Shown here: positions 56,178-64,000 of the stretch, piece after piece
Numbering within the stretch: the stretch's first letter is position 1
Layout: each line of letters begins with the position of its first letter
Source of the DNA: the human T2T-CHM13v2.0 reference genome, Homo sapiens
Direction: 5' to 3' (one strand)
Assembly: GCF_009914755.1 (NCBI RefSeq)
Contig: NC_060925.1
DNA length: 64,000 nucleotides
Made by a program: the position numbers and the translations under genes
Notes under the pieces: generated by a model
The model's database searches: none
What the model saw: the letters and a program-made list of their open reading frames with translations, nothing else
What the model was told of the DNA's origin: nothing

Positions 56178-56462
56178 TCCCAGCTTCATCCATGGCCCTG
56201 CAAAGGACATGATCTTGTTCCTTTTTATGGCTGCATAGTATTCCATAGTGTCTATGTACCACATTTTCTTTATCCAGTCTATCATTGATGGGCATTTGGA
56301 CTGATTCCATGTCGTTGCTATTGTGAATAGTGCTGCAATGAACATGTGTGTGCATGTATCTTTATAATAGAATGATTTATATTCTTTTGGGTATATACCC
56401 AGTAATGGGATTGGTGAGTCAAATAGTATTTCCAGTTCTAAATCCTTTAGGAATTGCCACAC
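56178..56462 (-). mobile_element. Internal L1PA/PB ORF2 C-terminal fragment inside an older L1M
   Basis: Translates to WQFLKDLELEI...YYAAIKRNKIMSFAG; no 3'UTR or poly(A). Confidence 0.85.
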
Positions 56463-57166
56463 AAAACAAATGCAGGGTTTTATGAGTTACTACAAGGCAG
56501 AAATTCTTGTTACCATCACTCAGGTCAAGAGAGAAAATTTGTTAACACCTTAGAAGCCATTCCAACCATAATCCTCTCTGTCCAATTTTAATCACAAACT
56601 TGTATTTTCTTCTTCACTTTTGTGAATTTCTTTATACTTTTATTACTTCGGTGAACATCCCTGGGAGCTTCAGTTAGTCTGATCCACTTAAAGAAAACTG
56701 ATACATCTTTTAAGTCTTCTCCTTTTATCCCTTTCTTTTCCTTATAATTTATCTGTTAAAGAAAAAAGGGCATTTGACCTGCATATTTCTCCACAGTCTT
56801 GATTTTGCTGATTGCCAACACAAAGTTCAGTTCAGCCTGCTCCTCTCTTCTCAGTATTGGCTGCAAACTGGATCAGATCAGACAGATCCTGCTTTGACTC
56901 AGTTTCTATCCATGTGTCAGGACTGTAGGCAGTGGTATGTTTTTACAATGGGAGACATTCGATATCTGGGTATCTCTCTTTTTGTGACGTTAACAGCCAA
57001 TTTTGTTTGATGACTAGATCCCTTACTAATTTGGGGAATTGCAAATGGGGTCATCCTAATTCTATCATTAATTTTCATTTATGAGGTGGGAAGCTTTTAT
57101 AGCACAACCTTCCCCTCATCTACGATTTGGTTGTCTACTGGTAACTTATCTTGATTCCACTTCCAG

Positions 57167-57168
<2 letters not shown>

Positions 57169-57208
<40 letters not shown>
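57169..57208. repeat. (GT)~20 microsatellite
   Basis: Uninterrupted GT run. Confidence 0.98.
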
Positions 57209-57210
<2 letters not shown>

Positions 57211-57782
57211 CCATGTGGAAGGAAGTTCTGGGGGTTAGCTTTATGGATTTATTGGGGATTGACTGCTCCAGCCCCTTTAGGATACGCCACAGGCCTCTTC
57301 CTCTAATCCACACTTGTGCTGGACAATACCCCTCCTGGTGCTAACCCAGAACTGGCCCATGACACTTACCACTGCTCTGGCTACTCTGGGCTTCTTCTGG
57401 TTGTGGTTATTTCAGGTAACTCAAACACCAATGCAGGGCTTATGGGTGCTGGTATTTTGTCCTCAACCCCTTATAGTTTGAGAATTGTGGAGAAAAGCTG
57501 CTATCTAGTTTTATTTTTAGATATGAATATCATCCTTGCATTTTTCTTTTGCTATCTGGTTCTTCTTTCTTTTTCATGGTGGGGTTTGGAATGATTGGAA
57601 AGCAATGCAGCCAACACTGCTGACTCCTTCTAGAACCATATTTTAATTGGTTTCCTAGACATGAAGTGTAAGTCACATGCAAAAGTGTGTGTTGGGGGGG
57701 TTGGGAGGGGTGAAATTGTAAGAAGAGGTCCATTTCATCAAAAGTACCAGAACTCCAGTTTTTATTTTTTTTAAAATTGTCT

Positions 57783-57940
57783 AGCCAGGCATGGTAGCGC
57801 ATGCTTGTAATCCCAGCTACTCAGGAGGCTGAGGCAGGAGAAACACTTGAACCTGGGAGGCGGAGGTTGTGGTGAGCCGAGATTATGCCATTGCACTTCA
57901 GCCTGGGGAACAAAAGCAAAACTCCGTCTTAAAAAAAAAA
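57783..57940 (+). mobile_element. 5'-truncated AluS (right arm only)
   Basis: TSD AAAATTGTCT at 57773-57782 and 57941-57950; TT|AAAA endonuclease site. Confidence 0.9.
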
Positions 57941-58149
57941 AAAATTGTCTCGTTTTCTAGATCTTACAAAGCTTGTAAGAACTGTTTCAGCCATAAATAA
58001 ACCCCTGGCTTTGCTGTTGGACTCACCTGGGTTCAACCCTGGCTGTGCCATGGATTGACTCTGTGACCTTGGGAAAGTTAATTAAGTTATCTGAACCTCA
58101 TCTGAAATTCAGAAAAAAATACTGTGCATCTCATGAATCCAGTTTTTCC

Positions 58150-58950
58150 AAGCCCATTCTCATATTTTCTTTCTTCCTCCTCCCACTTTCGCCCCCTAGC
58201 AATACCTACCACAGATTCCAATTATTACCCCATAAAAATCTCTGGACTCTGTTCATTTTTCTCCATCTTCACTACCACTGCCATATTCACTCTAATGCAA
58301 AGTAGTATCTTCTCTTGCCTGGGCTAGTCAAATACTCATCTAAACTATCTGCCGGCAGCCCCTCTGGGCTCTCTCGTACCCATTCTTTAAACTCAGGCAG
58401 AAGAATTTCAAAACATAGTTGTGTCAAACTTCTGCTTAAATAACACTGATTATGTCAACTCTTTCCTAAAGCTCTTTGTAGTCTTCTCATTGTTTATAGG
58501 ATGAGGCAGAATTTATTTTGAACCAGAAGGTCTGGCCTCTGCCATCTCTCAAGCATATCTCACATCTCTCTCTTCATTTCCCATCTCTGTTCCAGTGGCG
58601 CTGGCCTACCCTCATCACAAGAAATTTGCACATGCAAAGTCCTCTTCTTGAAATGATCTTCCTTCCTTTTGTTGCTCAGTTAACTCTTAATGATCCTTCA
58701 AATCTCAGAGTAAGCATTTGTTCGTCGGGGGAAGTCTTCCCTGACCTTGTAAGTAGCACGGATCCTGTACAGCACCAGTGCTCCTGCCTCAGCACGTGGA
58801 ACACTGATTTATGACAGTAAGTCATTAATGTCTCTTTACTGCACTAGAGTTTAAACTCCACAAGGGCAGGGAGAATGTTGTCACCACGGTATCCCCAGCC
58901 TAATGCCTGGCACATGGTACTTAGACAATTTTTATTAAATGAATGAATGG
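58150..58950 (+). mobile_element. L2 3' region
   Basis: Ends tatccccagcctaatgcctggcacatggtac...aaatgaatgaatg. Confidence 0.75.
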
Positions 58951-59899
58951 TGTTTTTAGATGGATATAAACATAAAAAACTTTTGCTGGTGTTGTGAACT
59001 GGTCTAAGCTATTTGGTTTTATGGAATAATTAAGTTCTTTAAAAAAATCTCAGTAGCCACCAACTTGCTGGAGGTCATGGGGTTGGTCACTTCCATTCAA
59101 CCTCGTTAACAGGTTATGACAAAACCAAGTCTCAGATTACATTTGCGCACACAAAAATCACACAATCAGTGTTGTCAACATGATGGTTTTGTAGACCTTT
59201 GTGCTTCTTGATTATCTGAGAAAACTGCTTGAAAGTCATGACCTAGACAAATCCAGGAGTATCCTTGAGTGGGATTAATCCATGTATGACGTTTGGAGAA
59301 TTTTCCTCAGGTTGTAACAACTGAGCTGTTCAGAATTCCAGAGCTCTCTGGACTTTCCAAACTCAGACACTACCTTAAAGCAAAACCATCAAAGCCTATG
59401 GTTTTTTAGGCTCCTGATTTATTCCTTTATCCTGGAGTATCACTTTCGTTAAAGCCCAGAATTCTAAGAAAATATAGTGCAATAAAGAATAAAGCAGTTC
59501 TTGTGTACACGTGATTATTGTAGAAATAAAGCAAAAAAAATAGAAAGGAACTTCCCTCATTAAAAAACAAAGTTGAAGTCATTGTTCCCTAGCCATATAA
59601 TAGTCACTCAAAACAATTCAGATCATTGTGATTTATTGTGAACATTCCCCGAGCACCTGAAGGCTGAGCTTCCCTGTGCCTTTAATGAATGAGTCATTAT
59701 AACTTGTTTGTGTAATACAGAGAGGAAAACAACAAGCTCATATCTCTCTCACACAAATGATAAGGTGACACACACTTAATCAAAATAAAGGACAAATAAT
59801 TCAGAGGTCAGTTTTCAAAGGAATTTTGAGCAGTGTTCTTTTCAGTTAACAGAGAAAATAAATTTCAGGAAAAGGATATAATAATCATTCAAATTAGAT

Positions 59900-60116
59900 T
59901 AATGGTCCAAAACTGGGGGTGATTTTGCACCCTTAAGGGACATTTTTTGGTTGTCACCACTGAGTGACGTCTGGCATCTATTAGGCAGAGACCAAGGATG
60001 TGGCAGCTTAGCATCCTACAATGTACAGGACTGCACCTCCCACCCCACCCACCCACTCAGCAAGGAACCCTGGCCCAAGATGTCAATAGTGACACCCCTG
60101 AGAAATCCTGGGTTAG
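59900..60116. mobile_element. MER20 hAT element
   Basis: aactgggggtgattttgcacc...tggttgtcac...ctggcatcta...catcctacaatgtacagga...gagaaatcctgg. Confidence 0.85.
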
Positions 60117-60572
60117 ATCATAGATGAGGAACGGGTGAAGCTGGGAAGGACCTGCAGATCATTAGATCTGCAGATCATTAGAACTATTCTGGGTGTCAAG
60201 AGACAGTGACTAATACAAGTCACCAGATACCTGTAAGCTGAGCTAAGCCTAAGTTTTTTCTATTTCACCATACTCTTATTATCGACTACATAATCTCGTT
60301 TTGTGTCCTTGACGACATGTTGAAAATAAATGAAGGGTGAATTTTATAGTAAGCTGAGGCATTCAAGGAAACAAAGATTTAAAATGTAGCTGATTTTTGA
60401 AGTGGGTATTGTAATTTTTATACTTGTCTTTAATACAATCTTTCCTAATTATTTTATTATTCTCTTCTCCTCCATCTTCTTCTTTCCCCACCTCCCCAGT
60501 AGTGCTTTCCATCCCTATCAGCATATGACCTTCCATATTTTTTAAGTTTATACAGATATAAAGACATAAACA

Positions 60573-60880
60573 GGCTGGTCATGGTGGCTCACACCTGTAA
60601 TCCCAGTGCTTTAGGGGATAAAGGTGGAGGGATTACTTGAGGCTAGGAGTTTGAGACAAGTCTAGACAACACTACAAGATCCTGTCTCTACAAACAAAAA
60701 ATAATTTAAATTAGCTGGATGTGGTGGCACATGCCTATGGTCACAGCTACTTGGGAGGCTAAGGTGAGAGGCTTACTTAAGCCCAGGAGTTCAAGCCTGC
60801 AGTGATTTATGATTGCACCACTGCATCCCAGCCTGGGTGACACAGCAAAACCTTGTCTCTAAAAAGAGAGAGAGAGAGAA
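60573..60880 (+). mobile_element. AluJ with a (GA)n-converted tail
   Basis: J-type diagnostics (ttgaggctaggagtttgagac, gcccaggagttcaagcctgcagtg); TSD AAGACATAAACA/AGGATATAAACA. Confidence 0.9.
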
Positions 60881-61287
60881 AGGATATAAACACATATGTA
60901 TTACACATATTCCCACATACATTTCTGGCATTTTTGTTTTATAAGTATGGATTCATGTAACACATAATTTCCTACAACTTGCTTTTGTCATTCAAAAATA
61001 TTTCCTGAGAAGTCTTTTCAAGACAACCATTATAACTTTCTTTCTTCATTTAACAGTGCTTGTCTACCATAATTTATTTCATCATTTCCCTATTGATGGA
61101 CATTTATTTTTATATTTTATTTTATACTTACTGAAACATGGTAAAATAATATCCTTTTGAAAATATCATTATGTCCTGGTGTTTTTATTCTTATAAGACA
61201 GATTCTTAGAAGTGAGATTGCATATTTGGGAGATCCCAGGTGAACCTAGAGGTAAGAGAAGTATCTTGATTAAAACTAGAAACTCTA

Positions 61288-61601
<314 letters not shown>

Positions 61602-61699
61602 CTATAAACGGGAAGATGGATGTTTTAAATTAAATGACACTTGATTTTTAAATTAAAACTTTAAATAAAATTAAATTTACTAAATTAAGTTAAAAATAT

Positions 61700-62080
61700 G
61701 TGTGGAAAAATATGAGCAATTTCAACAATGTGTACTTTGGGGAAATGTTTATAATGCAAATAGTAGGCAAGATAAATAATTATTATAATATCCAAATAGC
61801 TTTTATTAATTGCTAGAAAATTGAGTAAAGAAAAGTTACATGCAACTCATTGAAAATTATATGCGAATGGCCGCCAAACACATGAAAATATGCTCAAATT
61901 CTGTAGAAGCCACAAACCAGCAAATTAAAGTAATGATGTGCTATGACTTTGTACTTACCACACTACCAAAAAATTAAAAAGAATCATAATACTTACTGCT
62001 GGCAGAGATGTGATAAAAAAGGATGTTCTCATATATTTCTGATAATAATGCAAATTGCAAGCCAATTTGGAAAACAGACT
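61700..62080 (+). mobile_element. L1ME-type fragment
   Basis: aatggccgccaaacacatgaaaatatgctcaaatt...tgctggcagagatgtg. Confidence 0.6.
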
Positions 62081-64000
62081 GGATTAATTTTTATGAATTT
62101 TTATCTGGTCACAGAAGCAACTGCTGTTAAAGTGGTTTGGGAAAAGAACAGCTGAAAGAGGTTTCTTTGGCAGCTTAAAATACTAGTGGAACAGCAAAAT
62201 AAGAGTGAAAAATAAGCTTCAATCAGTATGCACACTTTAACTGCCCAGTGGACAATTCTACCATATCATTCAAGTCAGATATGCAGTAGTTATATCTCTT
62301 TCCTGAATTTCTGGATGGTAGTAGAGTGAAGTCTTGGGGAAATCATGGTGGGGAGAGCGTGTCTGATATGTGGATTCCTAAGCTGTGATTCAAGCTGGAT
62401 TCCAGATACACCAGAATTAAATGCTGGCATGAAAGGGACAAAGCTATCAAGTGCTTGAGGATTCTAACTGTGGCTAAATCTGAAATCAGCTGGTGATAGA
62501 AGACACAAAGGCACAGGTAGCAGGGAGAGGATGAGTCTGGAGCAATTCTCATGTCCAGGATACCATCCTTAAAGCCTGGCAACCTGGCCAAGCCTGGGCG
62601 GGCCATGTCCAATGAGGGAGGGTGTCCTGGGTGAGAAAAAAGCAAATTCATAGTCTGCACAGGGGATCCGTCTCTTTTTGTTCCTCACTTCTCTTGGTCC
62701 CTAGACTCACCACCCTAAATCATGTCTTTGAAAGTCAAAAGAGAAGGAAGAGAGCTCAGGTCCCAGAGGACTAGAATGTGTATCAATTGAAACTCTGCAT
62801 TGTAACTAATTTCAACTCAAATGAGTACAAATACCGGTAGAAATTATCTATTAAGCCTGTAGCAGAGTGAAGATATTATGGAAACAGTCTCCAAATTTAG
62901 GTTTGTCCTAAATTTAGGTTCTCTTATAAATATAAATATAAATGTTCTCTTAAGAACAATAGAATGGGCTATTTTCCACTGGGATCATTTCAGAACATCT
63001 GAGGAATATAATCACTATGAATATGTGGGGAAATGTAATGGCAAATTAAGTTTCAGGTCAACTGGGATGAGGGGATAGGATAATCTGTAAGTCCTTTCTC
63101 ACTCTCTACTTCCAGGCCCAGATGCCAACCTCACCCCTCCCAATCTGGTTTGTAGCACAGGGGACAGGGCAGGCCACAGAACTGTAGAAGGAAGTGAGAG
63201 CCTAGTCTCTGTTTCCCTCATTCTTTTTCCCAATAACTGCTGAACAGCCAACACACCTGCCAAAATAATTTGAAAGAAGCCCGGCATTAGAGCAAGGTCT
63301 GAGCAAAGTGCAAACTAACAATGGGGCCCTAATATGCAAGACTGTCTAAGCAATCACTGAGATTTATGATATTAATACCCATGATTTTTCATAAAGGCAG
63401 CAGAAAAAGGCAGCAGAAGGTGTGCTTCCTACATGCGAGAGTGGAACTTGGCCCAGATCCCCAGTGTTGGCTCCTATAATCAAAGCCAGTAGGCAGCCTC
63501 CCCCAGGCAGAGACGAGTACAACTGCAGCCACCCATCCTGGGGTAACAAGGCACTCCTTCTCTGTCCATACTGTAACTATCCAGGCTCTATCACTTAGGT
63601 GAGAGTTGTGTTTAGAATGAAGATGTTAATAGTGAGACTTTATGAGTCAGAGCCCTAGGAAAAAATTGGCTTGGAGTCTGGGTTTTGCCGACATTAACTC
63701 AAGAATGGGTGTGTTGATTGATTGTATTCAGCCAAGAATAAACCTTTCTTGTGCAGCTGAGTCACAAGACCATTTGGTGCAATTGTTAATAGCTGAAAAC
63801 TCAGTAATAAGTTCCATATTTCACAAGTGGTGTCTCATACCAGAGATGTTTCTTCATCAACCTGGACATGTTCCTTGCTTAAATATAGTCTTGGTAGTTG
63901 TGGCAGGTACATTTTAAGTTCTCCATGCTTTTTCAGGTACCAGATGTGCCTGCTACAGATAATGCTCAGATATTCCATGTCTTTCTACAAGGTGGGGGTA

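Overview
Primate (most likely human or great ape) genomic DNA that is gene-poor and rich in transposable elements; I find no supportable intact protein-coding gene. Positions 1-14.5 kb are a nested repeat stack. An old antisense L1M carries a MER44A/Tigger7 element (with AluY) that has a second right end ~1.2 kb downstream, an MSTD LTR, and an ancient class I ERV. The ERV has degenerate gag-pro-pol-env, a PPT and a 3' LTR but no 5' LTR, and it contains an AluJ and a 5'-inverted L1 that in turn contains a MER4E LTR. Further on are an LTR1/MER52-type solo LTR (16.1-16.9 kb), a full-length inactive L1PA4/5 on the minus strand (26.9-33.06 kb, with a short 3' transduction and the ZNF93-bound 5'UTR segment), a MER39/MER34-type LTR, a full-length L1MA2-like element on the plus strand (40.0-47.7 kb), and scattered Alu, MIR, L2, MER20 and MER96 copies. 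The best candidate host feature is a cluster of CRE-like sites at ~38.1-38.3 kb followed by a strong splice donor at 38727, possibly the first exon of a lncRNA or micropeptide transcript. I see no firm evidence of a new biological system. The most unusual structures are the composite MER44 unit and the rearranged ERV/L1 nest. Subfamily names come from recalled consensus sequences and need RepeatMasker/Dfam confirmation; boundaries of old repeats are approximate.
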